Origin: an uncultured Isosphaeraceae bacterium
GTDB lineage: Bacteria; Planctomycetota; GCA-002687715
Assembly (NCBI GenBank): GCA_964507445.1
Contig: CAZDQF010000012.1
Span: 65,989 to 129,988, forward strand
Direction: 5' to 3'
Length of the DNA stretch: 64,000 nucleotides
The notes below the pieces were generated by a model. That model was not told the DNA's origin. It was given only the letters and a program-made list of their open reading frames with translations, and searched no databases. Every line of letters begins with the position of its first letter. The stretch's first letter is position 1. The position numbers were made by a program, and so were the translations under genes. Below are positions 38,586 through 47,183 of the stretch, in pieces.

Positions 38586-40093
38586 GGGGTCGTGCCCTGC
38601 TGCTCGGGGATCAACTGCGTGCGGCGGTCCACGATGCGGACCTCCTTCATCTCTTCCTCCATGCCGACGCGTCGCAGCAAGGAGTTGACGTCTTCGATGA
38701 CCACCTCGTTCAGGTGAAGCTCGCAGCGTTCACTGACCACGTCCTGGATTCGATGTCGGAAGCGGTCCCGGTCCGCCCCGTCCTTGAGCGCGGCGTAGAG
38801 GACCAGCTCGTCCGTCTCGAAGGGGTCGTCGTTGAGCTTGCGGATCTCAAGTTGCCATTCCTCGACCTCCAGGTCGCCGCTGAAGGCCTCCGAGAGGGTG
38901 TTGAGGTTGACGAGGCAGCCCTTCACCTTGCCGATGTCCAGGCTCTTGACGTTGGACGTGCGTTGGATGTCGGACATGATCCGCGGGACGGTGCGCCCAC
39001 ATCCCGGGCAGGGCTCGGAGACGATGCCGCCTTGGACGATATCCCCGGTCCTGTAGCGCAGGACCACGCTGCCCCGCCCGTCGAGGGATGTGTAGACGAG
39101 CTCCCCCGTCTCGCCTTCCGGCAGCGGCTCGCCGCTGTCGGGATCGACGATCTCGAACAGAGCCAGGTCCGGGTACGTGTGGAACCCGGTCCGACGAGCG
39201 CCGGTGCACTCCGCCCAGCATTGCCGGGCCTCCGTGAATCCGAGCACGGAGGCGACGCGGACGTCCTCGGCGCCGCACTCGGCCATGAGCTCGACGACCT
39301 TGCGTTTGAAGCCTGCCGGCACGTTCTCGCCACCCAGCGCGACGATGCGCACCGAAGACATGTCGAGCCCGTGTTCCATCATGCGTCGGAGCACGTGATA
39401 GTAGTAGCCGGGCATGGCGACGATCACGGTTGGCTTGAGCCGCTCGAACGCGGCGATCAGCCGATCCGTGGGCATGGAGCGACCGCCGCCGGTGTTCAGG
39501 GACAGGGTCCCCGTGGCGATGCCGGCGAAGGTGGTCTGCCAGAAGGCGAGGTGCGGCGCGTAGGGGAACAGGTTCAGGACCCGGTCGTCCCCCGGCCGGA
39601 TACCCACGACCTCTGACAGGCGCCGTCCGGACTCCATGAGCAGTCGGTGGTCATAAGGAGTCAGGAAGAACGGGATGGACCCGGAGCTCCGACCTGTCGT
39701 GAAGAACATGCTGCATGGGTTGAACTCCCGGAAGAGTCGTTCCCGTAGTCGCTTCTTGCCCAGCAGGAGCTTCGTGCCCAGGAGCTTGAGCTTCTCGCTG
39801 GTCGGCAACGCCGTCTTGATCAGGTGCTCGTTGGGCTGGAGGATCAGGTCCTTGGGGCCGTTCGGATGGGCTTCGCTGACCAGGATGTCGGCCTTCGTCG
39901 TGAACGGGATGCGGCGCAGGTCGTCCAATGTGCGGACGTCTCCCGCCTCCAGGCCAGCGGACTCGAACAGCCTCCTGTACAAGGGGCTGAACGGGAGTAC
40001 CCGCGTCCTCAGGTGTTTCCTGAGCTTGGCTTCCTGGAGGGCTCGGATCTCTCCGGCGGAGAGATGACCCCAGGATCCTCTGTTGCCCACCAT
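38582..40093 (-). CDS. Phenylacetate-CoA ligase-like (PaaK / coenzyme F390 synthetase family) adenylate-forming enzyme
   Basis: N-terminal LQEAKLRKHLR...IPFTTKADI, typical of PaaK-family ANL enzymes. About 500 aa with an AMP-binding core and a C-terminal domain. Confidence 0.7.
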   Translation of the reverse strand: MVGNRGSWGHLSAGEIRALQEAKLRKHLRTRVLPFSPLYRRLFESAGLEAGDVRTLDDLRRIPFTTKADILVSEAHPNGPKDLILQPNEHLIKTALPTSEKLKLLGTKLLLGKKRLRERLFREFNPCSMFFTTGRSSGSIPFFLTPYDHRLLMESGRRLSEVVGIRPGDDRVLNLFPYAPHLAFWQTTFAGIATGTLSLNTGGGRSMPTDRLIAAFERLKPTVIVAMPGYYYHVLRRMMEHGLDMSSVRIVALGGENVPAGFKRKVVELMAECGAEDVRVASVLGFTEARQCWAECTGARRTGFHTYPDLALFEIVDPDSGEPLPEGETGELVYTSLDGRGSVVLRYRTGDIVQGGIVSEPCPGCGRTVPRIMSDIQRTSNVKSLDIGKVKGCLVNLNTLSEAFSGDLEVEEWQLEIRKLNDDPFETDELVLYAALKDGADRDRFRHRIQDVVSERCELHLNEVVIEDVNSLLRRVGMEEEMKEVRIVDRRTQLIPEQQGTTP

Positions 40094-40207
40094 TGCGATT
40101 GCCTGTACGGATCATCCCTCGCTTCGGAGGGAGGTTTCCGGTGTGCCACCGGCGGATCCGCTCCCATGTGCACCATCGGCACGGGAGGGGCCTGATGGAG
40201 AGGCCTC

Positions 40208-40864
40208 TTAGAGATACTTCAGGGGGTTCTCCCCGAGGACCCGTCTCCAGTGCTCAAGGCCTCGCTTCAATTGCTGGGAGACCGTGTTCTTCTTCACGTT
40301 GAGGATCTCCGCAATCTCCGTGCGGCTCTTGCTTTGCAAGCAGGCCAGGTCGAGCACCTCGCGGTACGTCTCCGGCACGGTCTCCAGGGACTCGACCAAC
40401 CGCTGCCGCAGGTCCTTGCGGCCGATCTGCGTCGCCGGACCGGCACCCGTCGCGGCGGGATCTCCTCGCGGTGCGTCGCTGTCGTCGTTGGGATCGAGAG
40501 CTGCCAGATCCTCCCTGCCTTCGTCGTGACGACAGCGGTCGAGGATCACCCAGTGCACCTGTTTGCGGAGCCAGTCGAGGAAGCTCCCCTTCTTGCGGTA
40601 CTCGAACTGATCGATCTTGCGGATGGCTCGCCACCACGCTTCGTTGATGATCTCGTCCGGATCGTGCCGCGTCCGCATGGCCGGGCCCAGCTTGTGGGCG
40701 ACGAACAACCGCAGGCGCAGAGCATAGCGACGTTCGAGGAACTGGAGCGCTCCTCCAGCGTTGGCGTCCCGCCGGAGGGCCTGCACCCAGACCTCCGAGT
40801 TCTCGTGCTCCGCCGGGTCCGGGAGGGACCCCGAGTTCTGTGGACTGTCTTGTGACTCAGCCAT
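40208..40864 (-). CDS. ECF-type RNA polymerase sigma factor (sigma-70 family, regions 2 and 4)
   Basis: Region 2 (DEIINEAWWRAIRKIDQFEYRKKGSFLDWLRKQV). Region 4 HTH (YREVLDLACLQSKSRTEIAEILNVKKNTVSQQLKRG). The track ORF's low-complexity His/Arg-rich N-terminal extension (to 41686) is rejected because it overlaps the divergent transporter gene. Start is MAESQ at 40864. Confidence 0.8.
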   Translation of the reverse strand: MAESQDSPQNSGSLPDPAEHENSEVWVQALRRDANAGGALQFLERRYALRLRLFVAHKLGPAMRTRHDPDEIINEAWWRAIRKIDQFEYRKKGSFLDWLRKQVHWVILDRCRHDEGREDLAALDPNDDSDAPRGDPAATGAGPATQIGRKDLRQRLVESLETVPETYREVLDLACLQSKSRTEIAEILNVKKNTVSQQLKRGLEHWRRVLGENPLKYL

Positions 40865-41186
40865 CGCGTGTACCGAACTCCGCCATTTTAGCAGGGGGAG
40901 CGCCGCTCCAGGGCGGCGGGAGCTCATGACGGCCAGTTGGTTTTCTTCGGCATGCCCGGATTTCGACGCTCGAGGCGGCGGGTGGGGGTAGAGTTCCCCG
41001 GATTGACATGGGTCGTGCAGCCCGCGACGACCGCCGTCAACTCCGCGACAGACAACCCGGTCGCATCGGGCCCTCAGCCGTGTGCCTCGTTGTTTCGTTT
41101 GGCTGTTCACTGCTGCATCATGGGGCAGGGGTGGGCCTACGGACGGCAGGTGGTGTGACCTTCGGGTGGTTCTTCGGCGAATGGGC

Positions 41187-41221
41187 CCGGGTGCCGTCAG
41201 GTGCCCGGGCCGTTTTTTTTG
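41187..41221 (+). terminator. Intrinsic (rho-independent) terminator in the 5' leader/intergenic region upstream of the DASS transporter gene
   Basis: cccgggtgcc-gtca-ggtgcccggg is a 10-bp stem (two G-U pairs) with a 4-nt loop, followed by ccg and a T8 run. It lies 70 nt upstream of the transporter ATG on the same strand. Confidence 0.55.
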
Positions 41222-41293
41222 GCCTCGCGCGATCGTCGTTCCGCTCCATGGCACTTCTTGCGACCGGCGACCTTCGGTTACCCTGCCCGGCGC

Positions 41294-43069
41294 ATGGATG
41301 GGCAGAAGATCGTCACCCTGGTCGTGCTGGCCGCCGCCATCTTCGCGCTCGTGCGCGAGCTGCTGCCGATCGGCCTGATCGCCTTGCTCGCGCCGCTGAG
41401 CCTGGTCTTGATGGGGATCATGGCGTCGAAGGACATGTGGGCGGGGCTGGCTCACGAGGCTGTGGTCGCTGTCGCGGGGATGTACGTGGTGTCCGTCGGG
41501 GTGTCGCGCACCGGTGCCGTCGCGTTCCTGGGCGAGGCGTTCTCGCGCTTCGCGGACCGGGGTCGTCGCCGGATCGTGGGCGGGATGATGGTGGTCGTGG
41601 CGGTGATGTCCGCGTTCATCAACAACACCGCCGTCGTGCTGTTCTGCCTTCCCATCGTCCTGGCCATGTGTGAGCGCAAGGACCACCCACCGAGCCGCTA
41701 TCTCATCCCGCTCTCCTTCGCCTCCATTTTCGGTGGGATGATGACGCTCGTGGGGACCTCCACCAATCTGGTGGTGGCCACCGTCGGGAAGAGCGCCACG
41801 AACGGACAGTTCAGCCCGGGCATGTGGGATTTCTTCCCTGTCGGCGTTCTCTTCGTCATCGTCGGGGTCGCCTACATGACCATGTTCGGCGTCAAGCTGC
41901 TACCGGATCGGGCGGCGCTCTCCATGACGCTGTCCCGCGGTGTCCCTACGGACTACGTCACCGAAGCCGAGGTCTTGCCCGAGTCCGCTCTGGCGGGCCG
42001 GACCCTCGGTGCCATCTCGGAGAAGTACGACCTCCGCGTCTTGCAGTTGGTCCGTAGCGACATCATCGAGGTCCCTGCCAAGGGGACGGTCCTCAAGGTC
42101 GGGGACGTCCTCCTGGTGAAGGGGGGGGCCAGCCAGATCTTCGACCTGACCAGCGGCGCCGGCACAGCGTTGCTGCCCGGAGTGGATGAGGAGGACGTCA
42201 GGGCGCGGCGAGTGGACATGACCCTCGCGGAGGTCATCGTGCCGCCGTCGTCTCGCTGGATCGATCGGCGGGTGGATGAGATCGGTTTTCGCGCGCGGTA
42301 CGGTGTCTCGGTGATCGCGCTGCAGCGTCATGGTCATCACGTCCGTCAGAAGGTCGGCGAGCTGCGAGTGGAGCCTGCGGACACGCTCCTGGTCCAGGGT
42401 GAGGTGGAGAGCCTCAGGAACCTGCGGGCGTCCGAGAACCTGATCCTGATCGAGGGAGTGCAGGAGCACGTGCGTGAGCACGCCAAGGCTCCGGTGGCGC
42501 TCGCCATCCTCGCTGGCCTCGTGGGCATCGTCTCCACCGGTCTTCTTGACATCGCCACCGCTGCGGTCGTGGCCGCATCGGTCATGGTGTTGACCAGGTG
42601 CATCACGGTCCAGCAAGCGTACGCGGCTCCGGATTGGAACGTCCTGTTCTTGCTCGCCGGGTTCCTCGCCCTGGGGACGGCCCTCGACGACGTGGGGCTG
42701 GCCCGTGATGCCGCAGGGGGGCTCGTCGGAATCCTGGAGGGAGCTCCCGCGTGGGTCGTGGTGGGCGTCATCTACCTGTTCGTGGCCTTCTTGAGCGACC
42801 TCCTGTCCAATCAGGCGACGGCGACTCTCATGATCCCCGTCGTCGTGGCGGCGGCGAAGCAGCTTCAATGGAGCCCGGAGCCATTGCTGATGACCATTGC
42901 TTTCGCCGCGTCCGCCGCGTTCCTCACGCCCGTGGGGTACCAGACCAACCTGCTGGTGTACGCCCCTGGCGGTTATCGGTTCCGGGATTTCCTTACTGTG
43001 GGTTTGCCCCTCCGTTTCATCTTCGCCGTCGTGGCCGCGATCACGATCCCCCTCGTCTATGCCCCTTGA
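41294..43069 (+). CDS. DASS/SLC13-family anion transporter with two central TrkA-C regulatory domains
   Basis: About 12 TM segments, SLC13 signature region (SFASIFGGMMTLVGTSTNLVVA), two TrkA-C-like soluble domains in the central loop, and a duplicated permease half. Confidence 0.82.
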   Translation: MDGQKIVTLVVLAAAIFALVRELLPIGLIALLAPLSLVLMGIMASKDMWAGLAHEAVVAVAGMYVVSVGVSRTGAVAFLGEAFSRFADRGRRRIVGGMMVVVAVMSAFINNTAVVLFCLPIVLAMCERKDHPPSRYLIPLSFASIFGGMMTLVGTSTNLVVATVGKSATNGQFSPGMWDFFPVGVLFVIVGVAYMTMFGVKLLPDRAALSMTLSRGVPTDYVTEAEVLPESALAGRTLGAISEKYDLRVLQLVRSDIIEVPAKGTVLKVGDVLLVKGGASQIFDLTSGAGTALLPGVDEEDVRARRVDMTLAEVIVPPSSRWIDRRVDEIGFRARYGVSVIALQRHGHHVRQKVGELRVEPADTLLVQGEVESLRNLRASENLILIEGVQEHVREHAKAPVALAILAGLVGIVSTGLLDIATAAVVAASVMVLTRCITVQQAYAAPDWNVLFLLAGFLALGTALDDVGLARDAAGGLVGILEGAPAWVVVGVIYLFVAFLSDLLSNQATATLMIPVVVAAAKQLQWSPEPLLMTIAFAASAAFLTPVGYQTNLLVYAPGGYRFRDFLTVGLPLRFIFAVVAAITIPLVYAP

Positions 43070-43793
43070 ACAGTCGGAGCGGTGCGCACCGAGAATCCGT
43101 CGGTTGGCCTGGCATGTGGGCGCGTTCATCTGGATGTGCTTCGCCCGGTTGCGGCTGCGTGTCCGACTCACCTATCACGGTGTCCCGGGACCGGATCAGG
43201 CGGTGCTGCTGGCCGGGAAGCACGCCTCCGCCCATGACATCGTGCTGCTGGGCGTCCTCTCGTTCCGACGCACAGGCCGCAGGCCGTTCTTTCAGATGGG
43301 GTCGTTCATCGGTTACCGGGTACTTGGTCGCGTGAAACCCATCATGCGTTGGGTGGGTGGCTTTGAGGTCATGCGGCCCAAGGAGGTGCGACGGCTGGCC
43401 AAGACCCCGGGCTGGGATCGGAGCGCCGCCCTCGAGCACATGCGGGAGGTGAACGACCGCGCGGAGTCCGTTCGTCGCGCGGTGCTCACCGAGGGCGGTG
43501 TGTTGGCGGTCTTCCCCGAGGGTACCCGCGACAGCGAGCGGGTCCGGGAGCTCAGCTCCGAACTGGAGGTCCGGTCGGCCCTGGCCATCGCCGCCGAGGG
43601 CCGGGATGTGGTCGTCTGGCCCGTGTCGGTAGCCATGGGGCGCCCTCGGCTGCTGCGTCGACCCATGACCGTGGATTTCCTGGAGCCGTTCCCGTTGCGG
43701 TCAGGGACCTCCCCCGGCGAGGTGCTGAGCCGCATCGACGACAGCTGGCGAGAGCGCTGGAAGCCCCCGGAGATGGTGGACGATTCTCGCTGA
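43059..43793 (+). CDS. Lysophospholipid (1-acyl-sn-glycerol-3-phosphate) acyltransferase family protein
   Basis: HxxxxD-like acyltransferase block (AGKHASAHDIVLL) and FPEGTRD motif. Start MPLEQ overlaps the transporter stop by 11 nt. Confidence 0.6.
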   Translation: MPLEQSERCAPRIRRLAWHVGAFIWMCFARLRLRVRLTYHGVPGPDQAVLLAGKHASAHDIVLLGVLSFRRTGRRPFFQMGSFIGYRVLGRVKPIMRWVGGFEVMRPKEVRRLAKTPGWDRSAALEHMREVNDRAESVRRAVLTEGGVLAVFPEGTRDSERVRELSSELEVRSALAIAAEGRDVVVWPVSVAMGRPRLLRRPMTVDFLEPFPLRSGTSPGEVLSRIDDSWRERWKPPEMVDDSR

Positions 43794-43825
43794 GGCTCTC
43801 CGGGGCACTCTGCTACCCTTCTCCC

Positions 43826-44392
43826 ATGGCGCTCGAACTACAGGCCGGACGTTTGCTGGTGGCCAGGACCTCGCTGTTCGATGACAACTTTCATCGGACG
43901 GTGATCCTGATCTGTCGCTACGAAGCCGAGTCCGGCGCTCTGGGTGTGGTGCTCAATCGTCCGACCAAGGTGGAGGTGTCCACGGTGCTGCCCGGGGTTG
44001 CGACGGACCGTAGTGAGATCCTGTGGGTCGGTGGTCCGGTCGACGGCCGGACGCTCTGGATGCTCCATCGGAGGGCCGACGCGCCTACCCGAGGTGATGA
44101 GGTGGCGGACGGTGTCTGGTTCGGCGGCGACTCGGACCTCATCGAGCACATCCTCGCCACCAACGGCCCTGATCGCTCGGGCAACGTGTTCCGGTTGTTC
44201 GTTGGCTACGCGGGATGGGGTCCGGGGCAGTTGGAGAGCGAGCTGGAGTCGGGGGCGTGGTGTGTCGTGCCTGCGGGTCCGCCGGCGTTGTTTGAAGGGG
44301 AGGCGCAGACGCTGTGGGGTGAGATGTTGCTCCGGTCGGAGCTTCCAGGCGGAGACGAACCACGGTTGATCTCCGACTGCTGGAAGAACTGA
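43826..44392 (+). CDS. YqgE/AlgH family protein (UPF0301)
   Basis: LVARTSLFDDNFHRTVILICRYEAESGALGVVLNRPT, GGPV, and WFGGDSD motifs. About 188 aa. Confidence 0.8.
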   Translation: MALELQAGRLLVARTSLFDDNFHRTVILICRYEAESGALGVVLNRPTKVEVSTVLPGVATDRSEILWVGGPVDGRTLWMLHRRADAPTRGDEVADGVWFGGDSDLIEHILATNGPDRSGNVFRLFVGYAGWGPGQLESELESGAWCVVPAGPPALFEGEAQTLWGEMLLRSELPGGDEPRLISDCWKN

Positions 44393-44573
44393 GAGCGATC
44401 CCAAGACGGGGGACCGCGTGCACGACCGCGATCCCCCCACACCTCACACGAAACAAGGGGGAACACCGTCCCGGCGAGCCTGCTCACATGGGGTCTCGAA
44501 CAGGCTCACCAGGGCGGGGAACGAGCAACCTACAGATGTGGTGGACGCAGAATCAAACCCACTCCTCGGGCTC

Positions 44574-45083
44574 ATGGATCTTCACCTGATTCCCGGTCAT
44601 TTCTCTGAAGCGGCGACGCGTCTCGCCGAGCGGATCGGCGTGCCCGTCGCTCACGTCACGCCCGGTCTGAGTCAACGGACAGACGTGGACGTGCCCTTGC
44701 TCGGCGGCCGTTCTCGGCCGGCGACCGTGGAGGCGTTCGGCGGCGAGCCGGCCGGGCGGGTGTTCATGTCCATCTCCTTCACCGACGACGTGATCAGCGA
44801 TGCCCTGACCATCAAGGACCTGGAGATCGGCCTCATGGGTCTCGCCTGCGCCGCCATGGGAGGGGAGGAGCAGGGCGCGGTGCTGATCGGCGAGGCGCTG
44901 GGGCCCGTCGGAGCAGGGGTGCCGCGGGGGACTCTGGGAGAGCAGACCCGAGCGTTGCTGACGCTGCACGGAGAAGCCGCTCAGGTGCTGGTGGTGTGTC
45001 CCGGCACCTCTCAGAGCCTGGGGGAGCTGGACGGCTACCTCAGGGAGCCTCTCGGAGATCTGGTGACGTACCGGCTGATGTGA
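44574..45083 (+). CDS. Hypothetical protein
   Basis: Open frame with GC3-rich codon usage and no recognisable motifs. The Pro/Arg-rich 5' part of the track ORF (44418-) is probably not coding. Confidence 0.3.
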   Translation: MDLHLIPGHFSEAATRLAERIGVPVAHVTPGLSQRTDVDVPLLGGRSRPATVEAFGGEPAGRVFMSISFTDDVISDALTIKDLEIGLMGLACAAMGGEEQGAVLIGEALGPVGAGVPRGTLGEQTRALLTLHGEAAQVLVVCPGTSQSLGELDGYLREPLGDLVTYRLM

Positions 45084-47159
45084 TCAGCGCAGCGCCTCCT
45101 CGATACGCGCCGCCACCTCTTCCGGCGTCCTGGCCGGCTCCAGGCAGGTCTTGCCGACACAGACCAGGACGAACGGCGGCCCTTCAGCGCCCTGCTTCCG
45201 GGTGACGGCGGCGAATGGCTGGTAGATCCGGCGTACGGACTGCAACAGACCTTCACCTCCCGCGCCGTGAAGCTCGACCCTGACGGCCGGCCGTCGGACC
45301 AGGTCCAGTGCGATCAGCGTCTGCGTGGCCGCCCTGGGGGAACGGGTCAACTCTGAGTTCACCGCCTTCAGCACCTCATGTGCGCGGGACATGACGCCGT
45401 CGTCTGCTGTGAGGAGCGCCAGCCTCACGAGCCCCGTGATCGCCAGCGATGACCCACAGGGGCGCGCCCCGTCGAAGAGGTCGCGGGTCTGCACGATGAG
45501 GTCCGCGGCGGTGGAGTCGACGAAGCCGCCGTCCTCGTGTTTGAAGTGGGCGTCCAGGACCTGGGCCATCTGCTTCGCCCGCTGCAGCCACCGGTCATCG
45601 AGGGTGGTCTCGTGCAGGTCCAGGTAGGCGGTCATCATGGCGCCGTGATCCGAGAGTTCGCCGTCGTGCCGGGTCCGGTCCCCCACCATGGAGCGGCGAA
45701 ATCGCCCATCCTTCTGACGGAGGTGGCGCTCCAGGTGTTCCATGATCTTGACCGCTTCGGCGACGTAGCGGGGGTCGCCGAGGGCGGTGCCTGATCTGGC
45801 GAGGGCCGAGATCATGAGCCCGTTCCAGCCCGTGAGCACCTTGGTGTCCGCCATGGGTTGGGGGTGCCCCGCTCGCGCCTTGAGCAGCTTGGGCCGCGCC
45901 GATGCCAGCAACGCCTCCGCCCGCTTCGGCGTGATGCCGAGGCCGGCGGCTACCTTGGTGATGGGCTCGGCGGCATACAGGACGTTGGTCCCGGTCTTGT
46001 GTGTCGGGGCGGACTCTTCGCGCCAGTTGCCATCCTCGGTAGCGCCGCACCATGCCACCACCAACGCGGCCTCTTCCTTGGTGAGCAGGTCGTGGAGCTC
46101 CTTCAGCTTCCAGACGTAAGTGGCGCCTTCCACGTGGTCCGCGTCGGCGTCGTAGGCGCTGATGAAGCCGCCCCCGGCGTCGCGCATCTCGGACAAGCAC
46201 CAGTCGAGGGTCTGGCGCAGCGCGCGTTCGTAGCGTTCGTCTCCCCACACCAGATAGACCTCGGCCAACAGCTGGGACAACAAGGCCTGGTCGTAGAGCA
46301 TCTTCTCGAAGTGAGGGAGCTTCCAGAACCGGTCCGTGCTGTATCGATGGAAGCCGCCGGCGAGGTGATCCCGGATACCTCCCGCCAGGATGGCATCCAC
46401 GAGGCGTTTCACGGAGGCACCATGGGTGCGCGCGTCACCCATCCGGGCGGCCTGCCGGAGGAGGAACAGCGGTACGCTCGGGCTGGGGAACTTGGGGGCC
46501 CTGCTGAATCCTCCGAACTCCCGGTCCTCCGTGGCGATGATCGCCTGATAGGTCTCCTCCAGCAGCTCCAGATCCGGCAGGTCCTCGGTGGCTCCTCGTC
46601 GCTGTGTCGCGGCGAGGTAGTCCGCGAACTCGGTCGTGTATTCCGCGATGCCCTTGCGCCGCTTCTCGTCTCCCCAGGCGGCGACAATGTTCTCGAGCAG
46701 CGGCTTGAATTGCGACGGGGGCAGGTAGGTGTCGACGAAGAACGGTTTCTTGTCAGCGGTCAGGAACGCCGACAGGGGCCAGCCCCCAGCGGCCTGCTTC
46801 ATGATCTGACACGCGCGCATGTAGACGCGGTCCACGTCGGGGCGTTCCTCCCGGTCCAGCTTCACCGAGACGAAGTGCTGGTTCATGTACTTGGCGATGG
46901 ACGCGTCCTGGAAGCACTCTCGCTGCATGACGTGGCACCAGTGGCAGGCGGAGTAGCCGACGCTCAAGAACACGGACTTGTCCTCCCGGCGGGCCTTCTC
47001 GAAGGCCTCTTTCCCCCATGGGTACCAATCCACCGGGTCGTGTTCGTGCTGCCGCAGGTAGGGGCTCTGCTCCTTGGCCATCCGATTGGTCGGCTTGGGC
47101 TCCTGGGCGATCAGGGGGGCCGTGACCAGGATCAGGGCCGCAGATGCGAAGTGGTTCAT
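45084..47159 (-). CDS. Thioredoxin-domain protein of the DUF255/YyaL family (N-terminal thioredoxin-like plus six-hairpin glycosidase-like domain)
   Basis: QSPYLRQHEHDPVDWYPWGKEAFEKARREDKSVFLSVGYSACHWCHVM is the hallmark N-terminus of the DUF255 family. About 690 aa, with a signal peptide. Confidence 0.85.
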   Translation of the reverse strand: MNHFASAALILVTAPLIAQEPKPTNRMAKEQSPYLRQHEHDPVDWYPWGKEAFEKARREDKSVFLSVGYSACHWCHVMQRECFQDASIAKYMNQHFVSVKLDREERPDVDRVYMRACQIMKQAAGGWPLSAFLTADKKPFFVDTYLPPSQFKPLLENIVAAWGDEKRRKGIAEYTTEFADYLAATQRRGATEDLPDLELLEETYQAIIATEDREFGGFSRAPKFPSPSVPLFLLRQAARMGDARTHGASVKRLVDAILAGGIRDHLAGGFHRYSTDRFWKLPHFEKMLYDQALLSQLLAEVYLVWGDERYERALRQTLDWCLSEMRDAGGGFISAYDADADHVEGATYVWKLKELHDLLTKEEAALVVAWCGATEDGNWREESAPTHKTGTNVLYAAEPITKVAAGLGITPKRAEALLASARPKLLKARAGHPQPMADTKVLTGWNGLMISALARSGTALGDPRYVAEAVKIMEHLERHLRQKDGRFRRSMVGDRTRHDGELSDHGAMMTAYLDLHETTLDDRWLQRAKQMAQVLDAHFKHEDGGFVDSTAADLIVQTRDLFDGARPCGSSLAITGLVRLALLTADDGVMSRAHEVLKAVNSELTRSPRAATQTLIALDLVRRPAVRVELHGAGGEGLLQSVRRIYQPFAAVTRKQGAEGPPFVLVCVGKTCLEPARTPEEVAARIEEALR

Positions 47160-47183
47160 CCCCGCATTGTAGCGGGCGGAGCC

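Noticed and set aside
40865-41686. N-terminal 274-aa extension of the ECF sigma track ORF (492 aa)
   Set aside because: His/Arg/Asp-rich low complexity with no sigma region 1. It would overlap the divergent DASS transporter gene. The sigma domain begins at Met 40864.
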